Shown here: positions 19,186-28,931 of the stretch, piece by piece | Layout: every line of letters starts with the position of its first letter | Numbering within the stretch: position 1 is the stretch's first letter | IMG/VR virus record: IMGVR_UViG_3300037246_002669 | Coordinates: 1 to 64,000 of that record | Strand: one strand, 5' to 3' | From: a virus | DNA: 64,000 bases | Translations under genes and position numbers: made by a program | Notes under the pieces: generated by a model | Database searches by the model: none | Told to the model about the DNA's origin: nothing | The model's input: the letters and a program-made list of their open reading frames with translations, nothing else

Positions 19186-19614
19186 TTATTCCTCCCAGTT
19201 GGATTCTAAATAATTACCGACATCGGTTAATGATAAAAATTTACCCTCACCATACAGTTGGAAAGCTTTTTTAATCAGGATATACTGCCCCTCGGTGAAC
19301 ATCCTCCAATTCCGTGAAGACCTATGCCGGGGTTCCTGAATGATACCCTTTTCACAATACTTCCGAACAGTGATGACACTTTTACCGATGGACTTAGCCA
19401 CATTTCCTACGGAAAACAGGAGATTGCCATTTTCATCGACAGAACGCTTACCGTAATACTTTGGCGTATCGGCAGTCCGGCGGTGGTAAGACTGGCGGGA
19501 CTCTCTGGATATACGTTCCCTATACTGTTCGTCTGTTTCCCTCCTTTTCTTTCTCCGTTTTGCAATTTGTCTTCCCCCGCCTCTTTTATACCACTCTTTG
19601 TAGTCCCAGGTCAT
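19186..19614 (-). CDS. MerR-type HTH DNA-binding protein
   Basis: SVGNVAKSIGKSVITVRKYCEKGII...NWRMF; ATGA overlap with the helicase stop. Confidence 0.8.
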   Translation of the reverse strand: MTWDYKEWYKRGGGRQIAKRRKKRRETDEQYRERISRESRQSYHRRTADTPKYYGKRSVDENGNLLFSVGNVAKSIGKSVITVRKYCEKGIIQEPRHRSSRNWRMFTEGQYILIKKAFQLYGEGKFLSLTDVGNYLESNWEE

Positions 19615-20996
19615 CTGTGTGTCCTCCTTACAATATCCAAACCTTCTGCATTGTACTTGCCACTTCGCATTCTCCACCAGTTGGTAGCATCACTGTGAGC
19701 CACATCCACAATATCTATGAGTACCGGTGATTTCTTTCCTGGTAACTTACGTTCGATACGTCCCTTTGTCTGGGTAACGTCTGACTGCGGAGTCGCCAAG
19801 ATCATACCGGCCAAATCAGCAATATCAGTTCCCAGAGACATTTTCCCATATGTAGCGAAGATAACTGAAGCATTTTTCTCCGTCCAAAGCAACGCAGCCT
19901 TGTTCACCTTGCGTTTCTTCAATAAGCCATCACTTCCCCTATGAGGAATCATATCTGCATAAAAGCCAGTTTCGGAAAATGGGATACTATGAACGGTAGA
20001 GCACATATGGCGTAGAATAACCAACTGTTCAGTTCTGTCAGATATGACGACACACCTTCTTCCTGATGCATGAATCATACTCACATACTCACATATAAGC
20101 ATATTTCTTTGGACATTGGATGCCAATCCAGACAAGAGCATTCCTCTCCGTTGCCGGGCGTCCATGAAGGGAGGGACATACCCACTAAACCCTTCGAACT
20201 CTTGTCGAATTACAGTAGTTCGCAATCTTCCAGAAGATGATCCTATCAATCTACACTGTTCCACATGTTTTTCAAAAATTATATGCTTCCCATCTCGACG
20301 TTTAGTGGTTGCACTTGCTCCGATCCGGTACTTTGCATAAAACATGGAAGCAGACTTGGAGTGAGTGGCAGGAGGGATAGAGGCGTGAACTTCATCATAT
20401 ACAACAACTCCAAAGCCTTCCTTGAAGTCACTGCCCCATCGATCCAGCACAACAGAGTGAATAAGTCCAATTACCACTTTTTTATTTCGCCATACACCCT
20501 TGCCTCCATCTATAACTCCAATGTCCTTTTCACGGAGACTGGAGTGTTCCACGAAGCGATCGATCCACTGCTTTACAAGGTTTTTGCGTGGCACAATAAT
20601 TATGGTACTCCGGTTGATATGTTCCAGCATCTTTATAATTGCATATGTTTTGCCCCATCCCGGTCGTGCTTCCAGCATGTACCCAGTGTATCCGGCAGCA
20701 TACTTCTCATAAAACACCTCGAATACTCCCACTTGTTCAGGCCGAGGTTCACTGCGAACTTTCATATTAATTGGTCTGCCGGTTGTGCGCTTATCCAGGA
20801 CATGGGGAATTTTTGATGCAAACTTTAGAGGGAAGAAATGGCGAGGGCAGCCCACCCACCCATTCCTCACTTGATACATCCGAATAACTTCATCAGAAAA
20901 AGTAGGTCTGAATTCCATATCCGCAAGTACACGGGCAGGAACTTCAGTTAATGGAAGCCATATCAGCGAATCTATTGCAGCTTTTGAAATTCTCAT
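19611..20996 (-). CDS. SF2 DEAD/DEAH-like helicase
   Basis: PGWGKT, DEVH, SAT, GTDI, QTKGRIER. Confidence 0.9.
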   Translation of the reverse strand: MRISKAAIDSLIWLPLTEVPARVLADMEFRPTFSDEVIRMYQVRNGWVGCPRHFFPLKFASKIPHVLDKRTTGRPINMKVRSEPRPEQVGVFEVFYEKYAAGYTGYMLEARPGWGKTYAIIKMLEHINRSTIIIVPRKNLVKQWIDRFVEHSSLREKDIGVIDGGKGVWRNKKVVIGLIHSVVLDRWGSDFKEGFGVVVYDEVHASIPPATHSKSASMFYAKYRIGASATTKRRDGKHIIFEKHVEQCRLIGSSSGRLRTTVIRQEFEGFSGYVPPFMDARQRRGMLLSGLASNVQRNMLICEYVSMIHASGRRCVVISDRTEQLVILRHMCSTVHSIPFSETGFYADMIPHRGSDGLLKKRKVNKAALLWTEKNASVIFATYGKMSLGTDIADLAGMILATPQSDVTQTKGRIERKLPGKKSPVLIDIVDVAHSDATNWWRMRSGKYNAEGLDIVRRTHR

Positions 20997-21036
20997 GAGA
21001 GTCCTGTCAGAATTGTGCAATTTATTGCAAAAATAA

Positions 21037-21074
21037 TAATGCCGGAAAGATCCCGCAAGACCGATCCGGCATTA
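21037..21074 (-). terminator. Hairpin/terminator after the SSB gene
   Basis: 10-bp inverted repeat taatgccgga/tccggcatta followed by an A/U-rich run. Confidence 0.6.
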
Positions 21075-21109
21075 GACTACCTACTTACAGCGGGAAGATA
21101 AGGGCCGTA

Positions 21110-22888
21110 CTAAATCAGGTCGTCGATACTTGTGACCTTTTCCTTACTCTTCTTCTTTGCCGGTTCTTCATCTCCCGGGTCGTCGCAGCCGTGTTCATCC
21201 TTGAGGCAAGACATGATACTCTTCACGATGGAAGACAGTTTGTCACTGGCCTTGACTTTCACGTCCAGGTCTTTGGATTTGATGAACCTCTTGAGATCGG
21301 TTTTGTTCATGTCCTCCAGGGCTTCCTGAACTGCCTCGAAGTCGACTGCATCGGCATCGCCGCACACGGTCTCGACGATCATGTCAACGATGGCACCGGA
21401 CTTGTCGGTTTTCTTGACTTCCACATCCAGGTCGTTGTCGGCGATGTAGTCCTTCAACTCGCCCTTACTCATTTCCCCCAACTGCTCCCGGAGAGCATCC
21501 GCGTCCACTTCGCCGGAACTGGGGGTCATGACCTCGACGATCATGTCCACGATGGCGCCAGACTTGTCGGTTTTCTTGACTTCCACATCCAGGTCGTTGT
21601 CGGCGATGTAGTCCTTCAACTCGCCCTTGGACATATCTCCCAGTTCCTCCCTGAGGGCTTCCTCGTCAAACTCTCCGCCGGGGTCTTCGGGCATGGCCTC
21701 GATGATGGCCTCGATGATGGCCTTGGGTTTGTCGGTGGCCTTGACTTTCACATCCAGGCCGTTTTCATCGATGAAATCTTTGAGTTCGCCCTTGCTCATC
21801 TCTTCCAGTTTCCCCCGGAGAGCATCCGCGTCCACTTCGCCGGAACTGTCGGAAGGCATGGCCTCCAGGACCAGTTTGATCAGGTCCTCTTTTTTGGTAC
21901 GGGAGGTGAACTTGATGTCCAGGTCATTCTCCTCGATGAAATCTTTGAGTTCCCCCTTGGACATGTCGTCCAGTTTCTCCCGGAGTTCGGAGTTGTCACT
22001 CCCCCCTTCGTCGCCGGGGTCTTCGGGCATGGCCTCGATGATGGCCTCGATGATGGCCTTGGGTTTGTCGGTGGCCTTGACTTTCACATCCAGGCCGTTT
22101 TCATCGATGAAATCTTTGAGTTCGCCCTTGCTCATCTCTTCCAACTGCTCTCTTAACTCGGTCATGTCGTTGTTACTCCTCTTTGATTTGGCATCGCTAC
22201 CGTAAAGTTCCTCAAACGGATCATCACTCTCGGACCCGCCACCAACTGCAGATGGGTAATTTCCTCCCATAGCCGCATTCATATCTTCCGGAGTCTTTGG
22301 CGCAAACATTTTGACATACCCGAAAGGTTTGATCCACTCGTTGGCCTCCGACCGTTTAGCATCGGGAACCAGTTTTTTGAGTTCAGACCGAGAAAGAGTT
22401 CTGATATACTCAAAATCCTCTCCGGTACCGCACTCTGTTTTACTGGCTCCCCTTGACATTTCAAACACACATCCTGTAAGATCTCCGTCTCTTCTTTCGG
22501 ATTTCTTGAGGACCAGTTCCCTTGCTTTTCCTTTCGCCACGAACAACATCTTTGTGACTTTGTGTTGGTTGTCATCCTTGTCAGTCCACTTCCTCAGTTT
22601 CACACAAGTTCCGACTACCACATATGAAGGGGTATCACCGTCTTCGCAAGCCGGGCAGGTATCGCCGTCCTTGATACAGGTAACGTGGTTACCAAACTTT
22701 CCATTCACCTCCAAATTGTGCTCGTAAAAGAAAAACTCGGGATTGTCCAGGAAAACTATCTTGCACGATTCATCATTTTTCAGATAAAACCGCCACGGCA
22801 TCCCTCCCTGTTCTCTACGCAGGCGCTGTTGCGTATCGACTTCCTTGGACTGTTTACGTCCCTCCGCTCCTTTCGCATGCCAGCTCAT
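21110..22888 (-). CDS. gp32-like single-stranded DNA-binding protein fused to six ~55-aa helical repeats
   Basis: N-terminal WRFYLK..E..KIVFLD...EH...C.....CPAC; six xxMSKGELKDxxxxxxLD repeats; acidic tip. Confidence 0.7.
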   Translation of the reverse strand: MSWHAKGAEGRKQSKEVDTQQRLRREQGGMPWRFYLKNDESCKIVFLDNPEFFFYEHNLEVNGKFGNHVTCIKDGDTCPACEDGDTPSYVVVGTCVKLRKWTDKDDNQHKVTKMLFVAKGKARELVLKKSERRDGDLTGCVFEMSRGASKTECGTGEDFEYIRTLSRSELKKLVPDAKRSEANEWIKPFGYVKMFAPKTPEDMNAAMGGNYPSAVGGGSESDDPFEELYGSDAKSKRSNNDMTELREQLEEMSKGELKDFIDENGLDVKVKATDKPKAIIEAIIEAMPEDPGDEGGSDNSELREKLDDMSKGELKDFIEENDLDIKFTSRTKKEDLIKLVLEAMPSDSSGEVDADALRGKLEEMSKGELKDFIDENGLDVKVKATDKPKAIIEAIIEAMPEDPGGEFDEEALREELGDMSKGELKDYIADNDLDVEVKKTDKSGAIVDMIVEVMTPSSGEVDADALREQLGEMSKGELKDYIADNDLDVEVKKTDKSGAIVDMIVETVCGDADAVDFEAVQEALEDMNKTDLKRFIKSKDLDVKVKASDKLSSIVKSIMSCLKDEHGCDDPGDEEPAKKKSKEKVTSIDDLI

Positions 22889-22930
22889 TGTGTCCTCACT
22901 TTCGTTGATGTTTTTTCAGCCACATACCTA

Positions 22931-22959
22931 TAACTAACACCGATCAAAATTATTGTCAA
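22931..22959 (-). promoter_or_regulatory. sigma70-type promoter (TTGACA-17-TAGTTA)
   Basis: Spacer resembles the early promoters at 29777 and 30207; upstream of the SSB gene. Confidence 0.6.
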
Positions 22960-22969
22960 ATAACCTTTT

Positions 22970-23992
22970 TTATGATGCATTACGGAGTGCTCTGCGAAAT
23001 TGTTTTTCAGTTTCAATATCACCCGGATCTTCCGGATACTCACCATTAGCGAGGATTCCAGCAGAAGTCCAGTCAATTTTTAAAACCTGAGAAGTTTTTT
23101 CTTTGTACCTCCGAACCCTGGCGCATGCCTTATCACCTGCCTTATCCGCATCGTATCCTGAAAAGATAATATCGGAATTTACTGCTCCTAATTGTGCAGC
23201 AGTAACCGAAGACGTGCAAGAGGCAATTACGTTCATAAATCCGAATCCCACTGTTGACATGGCATCAAACTCTCCCTCCACCGTCATCACTGGCCGGTCC
23301 CAGTCTATTAAATGTAGTCCAAACCATATGCCATTGTTCCGCAACTTAGGGAACTCCATATGGGGGTACCCTGCAAGTTTTGAAGAGATAGTCCAGATAC
23401 TCTTTTTTACTCGTGTTCTTTCCCGTAACAGAAAAATCCTGCCGTGAACGTCAGTCATGGGAAATACAAAAGAACTGTTTTCCGGGTTGCATCTAAGTTT
23501 GAATCGTTTCCATGCAAACTCCGGTATGTTTCGTTCCGCCAAAAATGCACGCAACTTTCTTCCTTCAACTCCCCTGGTAGCCTCCAGCAGGGGATACTGC
23601 TCGTACACAAAAGAGGGAAGTGGTTCTTTAGCGGTGTTTTCCCCAATTTCCCATTCATCTCGCAAAGTGATTCCTTCAGCATCGGAATCATGCACTTCGT
23701 AACTGGCATATATTTTGGCAGCTTCGAAAGGATACGGAGCCCCCAGGACCCACATGGCATGAAGTAAGCGCCCCAAAGGTTTTCCCTCATCAGAACAGCC
23801 GAAACAATAGTACACCGAAGACTCCTTGTCACTGACAGATACTCCAAAACTCGGTCTTGTGTCAGCGCCCCTCCGATGGGCATAAGGACTCATGGGACAC
23901 TTGCAGTTAAGCCAACCGCGCCCGGTGTCCAGAATATCTTGCTCACGAATGCCCAGTGCAATCAAAAACTTTGTGACTCCATATTTATCCAT
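22970..23992 (-). CDS. DNA primase (Zn finger + TOPRIM)
   Basis: CP...H...YCFGC, VEGEFDA, YDADKAG, DPGD. Confidence 0.9.
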   Translation of the reverse strand: MDKYGVTKFLIALGIREQDILDTGRGWLNCKCPMSPYAHRRGADTRPSFGVSVSDKESSVYYCFGCSDEGKPLGRLLHAMWVLGAPYPFEAAKIYASYEVHDSDAEGITLRDEWEIGENTAKEPLPSFVYEQYPLLEATRGVEGRKLRAFLAERNIPEFAWKRFKLRCNPENSSFVFPMTDVHGRIFLLRERTRVKKSIWTISSKLAGYPHMEFPKLRNNGIWFGLHLIDWDRPVMTVEGEFDAMSTVGFGFMNVIASCTSSVTAAQLGAVNSDIIFSGYDADKAGDKACARVRRYKEKTSQVLKIDWTSAGILANGEYPEDPGDIETEKQFRRALRNAS

Positions 23993-23994
23993 GA

Positions 23995-25248
23995 CTACTC
24001 TGCCGCCTCGTCAATGATAACTTCATCCTGTTCGATGACCGTCCGTTCAGTGTCAAACATAATCCGGACTTTGCCTTTTTCACCTTCCCTGCCCTTCAGA
24101 AATTCGAGAATTTTGTAATCTACGGAACTCCAACTTCCAATTGATGCCTCATCCGTGGCAGATTCAGTTTCAATGCCGATTACAATACTTGCCAACTGCC
24201 CTACGGAGTCCGCACCGCCGATATTGGCAAGACTGCCTCCGCCCTTACGGTTGAACTGGTAGGTGGAGATTACTGGAATGTCCAGCGTCAACGCAAGTGA
24301 CTTTAGATATTCAGCAGTATGGGAGATCCTTTCCCATTTACTGCCAAACTTCAGATTGGACATCATAAGGTAAGCGCCATCCACATAAAGGGCATCGGGC
24401 CTCATCTCCTTTGCAAAGTTCCCGACATCCTCCACAGTAGTCATAAGATTACCTTGCAGGATGTAAAACGGGTGCCCATCATTGTGGGCATTTTCCAGTG
24501 ATACAATCCCGTTCCGCAACTTCTGCTCTCCCCAATGGGATAACCGCCCTAATCGGATTTGAGTTACACTAACTTGTTCTAATAAACCGAGTTGCCTTCG
24601 CGCCAACTGTTTCGCACTCATCTCCATGGTTACCACCATTGGAACTTTGTGTTGCTGGTAACCTGCGACAACTGCCTTACTTAATACGTAAGTCTTGCCC
24701 GATCCTGGCCTTCCGCAGATGGCTATGGAGTCACCTCCCTGTGCCCCATCAGTAACTTCGTCCATGTAGGGAATACCAAAAGATATCCCTTTAATCCCCC
24801 CACTCATTTGGCGATCTTTCGTATCCTCAAGAACTCCTTTCCCCAATTCATGCAGAGGGAATAATTGACTGGACGGGTTTATAACTTCAATTTCGGAAAC
24901 TGTGGACTTCAGGACGGAACGGGCTTCCGCCAATTTTCCCTCGTTTAACAACTCTCTCACCGAATTAGTGCCATCAGCAATGAGTCTACTTTCCTGCCTA
25001 ACTCGGAGTCGTGTAATCCAATACTCGATAGGTTCATTTGGATAATCCGGGAATGACAACTCCAAACTACGTTCAACTGTTTCTGGTTGGGGGAGTATCC
25101 CATACTCACCGGCATGTTCGGTGAGAAATTCGAACACTCTTTTTTCCTTATCGCGGAAATTATCAGGCAGGATACTATTGCGACTTAGAAAAGAGATGTG
25201 CCGCCTGTCCACCATTAGTCTGTGCAGCAGTATTAATCCGACTGACAT
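23995..25248 (-). CDS. dnaB: DnaB-like replicative helicase
   Basis: GRPGSGKT, TMEM, VDGAYL, LK.LA...IPV...Q.NR, KGREG. Confidence 0.9.
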   Translation of the reverse strand: MSVGLILLHRLMVDRRHISFLSRNSILPDNFRDKEKRVFEFLTEHAGEYGILPQPETVERSLELSFPDYPNEPIEYWITRLRVRQESRLIADGTNSVRELLNEGKLAEARSVLKSTVSEIEVINPSSQLFPLHELGKGVLEDTKDRQMSGGIKGISFGIPYMDEVTDGAQGGDSIAICGRPGSGKTYVLSKAVVAGYQQHKVPMVVTMEMSAKQLARRQLGLLEQVSVTQIRLGRLSHWGEQKLRNGIVSLENAHNDGHPFYILQGNLMTTVEDVGNFAKEMRPDALYVDGAYLMMSNLKFGSKWERISHTAEYLKSLALTLDIPVISTYQFNRKGGGSLANIGGADSVGQLASIVIGIETESATDEASIGSWSSVDYKILEFLKGREGEKGKVRIMFDTERTVIEQDEVIIDEAAE

Positions 25249-25250
25249 AT

Positions 25251-26012
25251 TTAGACTCCCGCATCGATTACACGCATACTTCTTTTCTCCATAGTGAAGT
25301 TCATCACAGTTGCCCCCTCTTCGACAAGCCCTGCCACTGGTTCCCCGTAGTTAGACACTATCTCCCCCATGATTTGAGCAACTACTTTCGCACCGAGGGA
25401 ACCACGATACTGTGCAGTGAATACCGTGCGCTTCTGATACGAGGTGCGGAAGTTCAGAAGATTATGGAAGTCGGTCTGCATTTTCGTGCATCCGCCTTTT
25501 TGCACATTGATGTTTTCCCATACCAGCAAACCGGTTGCCCGGTACTCCCCTATAAGATCGCCGACAGGATCGTTCGAGAAATCATCGGAAGGACGACTAC
25601 TCGTGAAAAGGTTCATAAGTTCGGAACTATCTGTGGTAGCCACTGGACTGTTGGTGGTCAGTGAGAACACTACCGGGAGCAAACTGGACACATTTTTAAG
25701 AAAAGTTTGGTTGTTACTCAGCACCAGGAGCCACGGCATTATCTCAGCATCGGAGGGTTCCGTGCCTCCGGTGTTGAAGTTCTGGAAGATAACATCATCT
25801 CTCGAACAGATAACATGTTCGGCGATCTTTGTGACAGCGGAAACGACTTTGTCGTTGGTTTGCAGCCTTTCCAAATTCTTGAGTGGATAACCCAGTCGGT
25901 TAAGGTTACGGAGTATCGCGGTAAGATCGCGTTTGGATCTTGTGTACTCCTCTAATTTCCAGGGAAAGATAAGTTCCTTTGCAGCATTGGGGTTCTTACG
26001 TAAAATCGTCAC
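25251..26012 (-). CDS. Degenerate DnaC/IstB-like helicase loader
   Basis: LLVWENI (Walker B-like), LLNFR....RTVFT; lies between initiator and DnaB; no Walker A. Confidence 0.5.
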   Translation of the reverse strand: MTILRKNPNAAKELIFPWKLEEYTRSKRDLTAILRNLNRLGYPLKNLERLQTNDKVVSAVTKIAEHVICSRDDVIFQNFNTGGTEPSDAEIMPWLLVLSNNQTFLKNVSSLLPVVFSLTTNSPVATTDSSELMNLFTSSRPSDDFSNDPVGDLIGEYRATGLLVWENINVQKGGCTKMQTDFHNLLNFRTSYQKRTVFTAQYRGSLGAKVVAQIMGEIVSNYGEPVAGLVEEGATVMNFTMEKRSMRVIDAGV

Positions 26013-27040
26013 TGTTGATGATCCTCCATGTCCATGTAAAAAATCCGATCTTTTTTGCCAGAAGTCGGAAAGTCTTGATCACTGCACCCGTCCTCCTCCG
26101 TGAATTTGCAAGAAATTGCAAAATTATCGTTATTCTCGTTTTCGTCGAGCCATGCCTCTATGTCCATCCGGTAAGTATAGAACAACTCGAAACTAAATGA
26201 CTCGGTAAGCACCGCCGATTTCTGCAGCCGGGCGCAAGCGACGGAATGGTAAAACAAATGCCATTTGTGGATTGCCCTTTCCAGCAGACTCCTTGCCCCG
26301 TCAGTCCCTTTCTCCTTTAGGAAATTCTTGGCCATCCCGTTAACCTTACCGGTCCTGCGTTCCCTGTACGGCAACTCACAATCTTCACAAAAGCCGACGA
26401 TAACCCTAAACATATCCGGAACTGTTAACTCCCGTTTCCCCTGCAACTTATTAATCTTCTTCTTTCGGGAGGCAGCACTCATTGCAAGTGCCTTTCGCAT
26501 TTTGTCTTTAATCGTTTGGGTTGACATAGGTAGCGTGACTCCTTGCTCTTTTATCCCACTATGTTGGTAATGTTCGACAACGAGACTTAGCATAGGTAAA
26601 AAGTCCTTTGCAATAGAAGCCCCTCTCATCTCTGCAGTTTCCGGAGTGCAAAAATGTCGTTCGTACTCAAATAATTCAAGTACTACTTTGGAAATGCCGG
26701 GCAGGTTCACGGTAATTCGAGTTTCCTGATATCGGTTACCTTGACGTTTAATCAGAAGACCCGCCTTTACCATTCGGGAAACTGCCTTCTTCACAGTGTC
26801 AGGTTCATAATATTGAAATCTGGAATCTACTGTCATAATTTGCCCATCGTCCGTAAAGTACTGTCCAGGATCTCCAAATCGCATTCCGGTAGGAACATAA
26901 AATCCGGTACTTCCCCGATAGAGAGATAATCTGACCGCATGCTCCATTACCGCAAGTTCGAGTTGCCCTATCATGTAGGGCAGATAGTCCAACGCAAATC
27001 CGTGCCATAATTTGAACATAATCTCCGATGCGCCCGACAC
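26009..27040 (-). CDS. Putative replication initiator (wHTH)
   Basis: DTVKKAVSRMVKAGLLIK wHTH-like segment; first gene of the replication operon. Confidence 0.5.
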   Translation of the reverse strand: MSGASEIMFKLWHGFALDYLPYMIGQLELAVMEHAVRLSLYRGSTGFYVPTGMRFGDPGQYFTDDGQIMTVDSRFQYYEPDTVKKAVSRMVKAGLLIKRQGNRYQETRITVNLPGISKVVLELFEYERHFCTPETAEMRGASIAKDFLPMLSLVVEHYQHSGIKEQGVTLPMSTQTIKDKMRKALAMSAASRKKKINKLQGKRELTVPDMFRVIVGFCEDCELPYRERRTGKVNGMAKNFLKEKGTDGARSLLERAIHKWHLFYHSVACARLQKSAVLTESFSFELFYTYRMDIEAWLDENENNDNFAISCKFTEEDGCSDQDFPTSGKKDRIFYMDMEDHQQ

Positions 27041-27345
27041 AATCGATACCCCTCACCCTCGTGAAAGATAATCTCACAAGATTTAATTATTATCAAACAA
27101 GCATTACCCTGAAGTAATTCACATTGCAATAAATTGCAAATTTAGAAACAGCCCCGACAGCTAAGATCAAGAAACGCCAGTCATGTAATGGTTATCTCAC
27201 TCCTCCCATTTATTTTCAAATAGCGTTATTGCAGTGCAGATAATCACAAGAGCATGGCAGTAGAAATATTCCTTGCTGCCTGCGTGGAGTGTAACGACTC
27301 GCTCTCTTTTGAACATCATGCTTGCTTATATATTATAATAAATAA

Positions 27346-27501
27346 TACTACACGGAGTGTAGTACTATGTTATAAGAGATGGGTGAGAATGGTGTAAGGG
27401 GGCATCCCAGTACCCCTATAGAACGTTTTTGAACTGTTTTTACACCTAAGTTACTGTGATCATTACATCACCTATAGGGGCATCCCAGTACCCCTATAGA
27501 A
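27346..27501. repeat. Candidate origin elements: 25-bp direct repeat and hairpins
   Basis: ggggcatcccagtacccctatagaa at 27399-27423 and 27477-27501; tactacac-gga-gtgtagta at 27346-27364; ctatagggg/cccctatag inverted repeat. Confidence 0.7.
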
Positions 27502-27661
27502 TTGCCTTTTCCCGTATTTAAGACTAATACCGTTGCCAAATTTCGCCATTTGCAAGTTATTGCACTACTGCGGTTATAGGAAGTGCGTCTAATTTTGCCT
27601 GTTTGACGATAATCTATTTTCACGATAATATAAAAGTAAACTGCATGATTTTTATTTACAC

Positions 27662-27690
27662 TTGACAACTCTGAAATCAATATGTATATT
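27662..27690 (+). promoter_or_regulatory. sigma70-type promoter (TTGACA-17-TATATT) on the plus strand
   Basis: Near-consensus with an AT-rich upstream segment; the only clear plus-strand promoter noticed. Confidence 0.7.
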
Positions 27691-27696
27691 ACCTAA

Positions 27697-27851
27697 CAAC
27701 GGCAGCACACTCTGCTTCGTGTACCAAACTGGCAAGTTTTCATCTCCTCACGATCGATAATGGTGCCCCGACCGCCACTATCGGTATGATCAATGCCAGA
27801 ACAAAAAAAGGGGTTTTTGGAGATCTCGCCCGGTCCCCATCTACCCCTTTT
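27697..27851 (+). ncRNA. Candidate small RNA
   Basis: Lies between the plus-strand promoter and a hairpin (aaaagggg/cccctttt); nested stems ctggca/tgccag and cgataatggtg/cgccactatcg. Confidence 0.35.
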
Positions 27852-27880
27852 CCATTGCCTTATTTCCTGCCTGATTCCCT

Positions 27881-28186
27881 TTATGAATAAGCCGCGATCA
27901 TCTTATCCACGTATCCTGGATCGGTCAATCTGGGAACCAGCATCATCACTTCGTACTCGATCGCCTCACTCCTTGCTGAGAATCCATCCCCCCTTTCTTC
28001 CGTGGTGAAGTCTGGAAGTATCTCCCACACCCTCCACAGTGCACTTTTACAGTCAAACCTTACATCGGATGCCCGGACTATTTTCGCGGTCCCCATTTCG
28101 CCCATTTCAGCCGCGATAGGGTTTGCCTCGTCGTACATAAACAGGACCCCACCTTCTGGATTTATAACTATCTCGTAATTCGGCAT
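27881..28186 (-). CDS. Hypothetical protein of the DUF1257/DUF2997 operon
   Basis: MPNYEIVINPEG...YDE...RASDV...F..RSEAI..EV; AAGGAGG RBS. Confidence 0.65.
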   Translation of the reverse strand: MPNYEIVINPEGGVLFMYDEANPIAAEMGEMGTAKIVRASDVRFDCKSALWRVWEILPDFTTEERGDGFSARSEAIEYEVMMLVPRLTDPGYVDKMIAAYS

Positions 28187-28262
28187 AAGACAATCCTCCT
28201 TACCTTTTAGACGAACTTGCAGTGGTCCAGGCCGATGCAGATAGACCCGGACCGAATTTAGA

Positions 28263-28451
28263 CTACGTGCGGACTGTAGCCTTTGTAGTGCCTTTATGGT
28301 AAAATTCCTGTTTCTTTTTGCACTCACTTACGGAACCCAGCGAGTTTTCCAGTTTTTTGGTGAACTCGGTACACTCCGTCCCTTTCCAGCCGGACTTCAT
28401 ATCGGTTGCCACTTCACCTTCAGGGGAAATGGTGATTTCCATGGTTTTCAT
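28263..28451 (-). CDS. DUF2997-like protein
   Basis: ITISPEGEV...G.KG.EC...T..LE..LG...K..EFY. Confidence 0.8.
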   Translation of the reverse strand: MKTMEITISPEGEVATDMKSGWKGTECTEFTKKLENSLGSVSECKKKQEFYHKGTTKATVRT

Positions 28452-28482
28452 GTTTACAACTCCTTTCCCGCAGCGGGGAGGA

Positions 28483-28896
28483 CTACCCGTTAACAGCCAC
28501 CTTCAGTACGATACTTCCATCCGAATTCACCTGCCGTTTGGTTACCATGGCCCCGGCGCGACTCAGGGATTTTTTGACGATGGCTTCCGAATAGTCCCGC
28601 ATAAGGATACCCCCATTTTTCCCTAACCGTCTTGCAAGGGAATTGTAATTGACATCGTTATCCCCAATGTACTGGGAGGCTCCCGCCACTTTGTCGTGTT
28701 TTGCCAGATAAGCAGTCCGACTGCCTCTCCCGGTGGCATCCATGTCCGTCAAGGTAGCGGTGGCCATAACTCCCTGCATGGTAGGTACACGGATCAGGTT
28801 CCCGTGTTCCTGAACTGTGACATTGTGTTTCGCGCATATACGTTTGAACAGCCCCACATCTTTGATCGCTACATCAATTTTCGTGTAATGACTCAT
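28483..28896 (-). CDS. DUF1257/Ycf35-like protein
   Basis: MSHYTKI...IKD N-terminus; Y.......A...G....DGSI.L.V C-terminus. Confidence 0.75.
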   Translation of the reverse strand: MSHYTKIDVAIKDVGLFKRICAKHNVTVQEHGNLIRVPTMQGVMATATLTDMDATGRGSRTAYLAKHDKVAGASQYIGDNDVNYNSLARRLGKNGGILMRDYSEAIVKKSLSRAGAMVTKRQVNSDGSIVLKVAVNG

Positions 28897-28931
28897 AGTA
28901 CTTCATCTCCTTTTATGCATTTACCCTGCCG

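Noticed and set aside
21191-22205. Long plus-strand ORFs (321 and 192 aa)
   Set aside because: Antisense shadows of the repetitive SSB gene.
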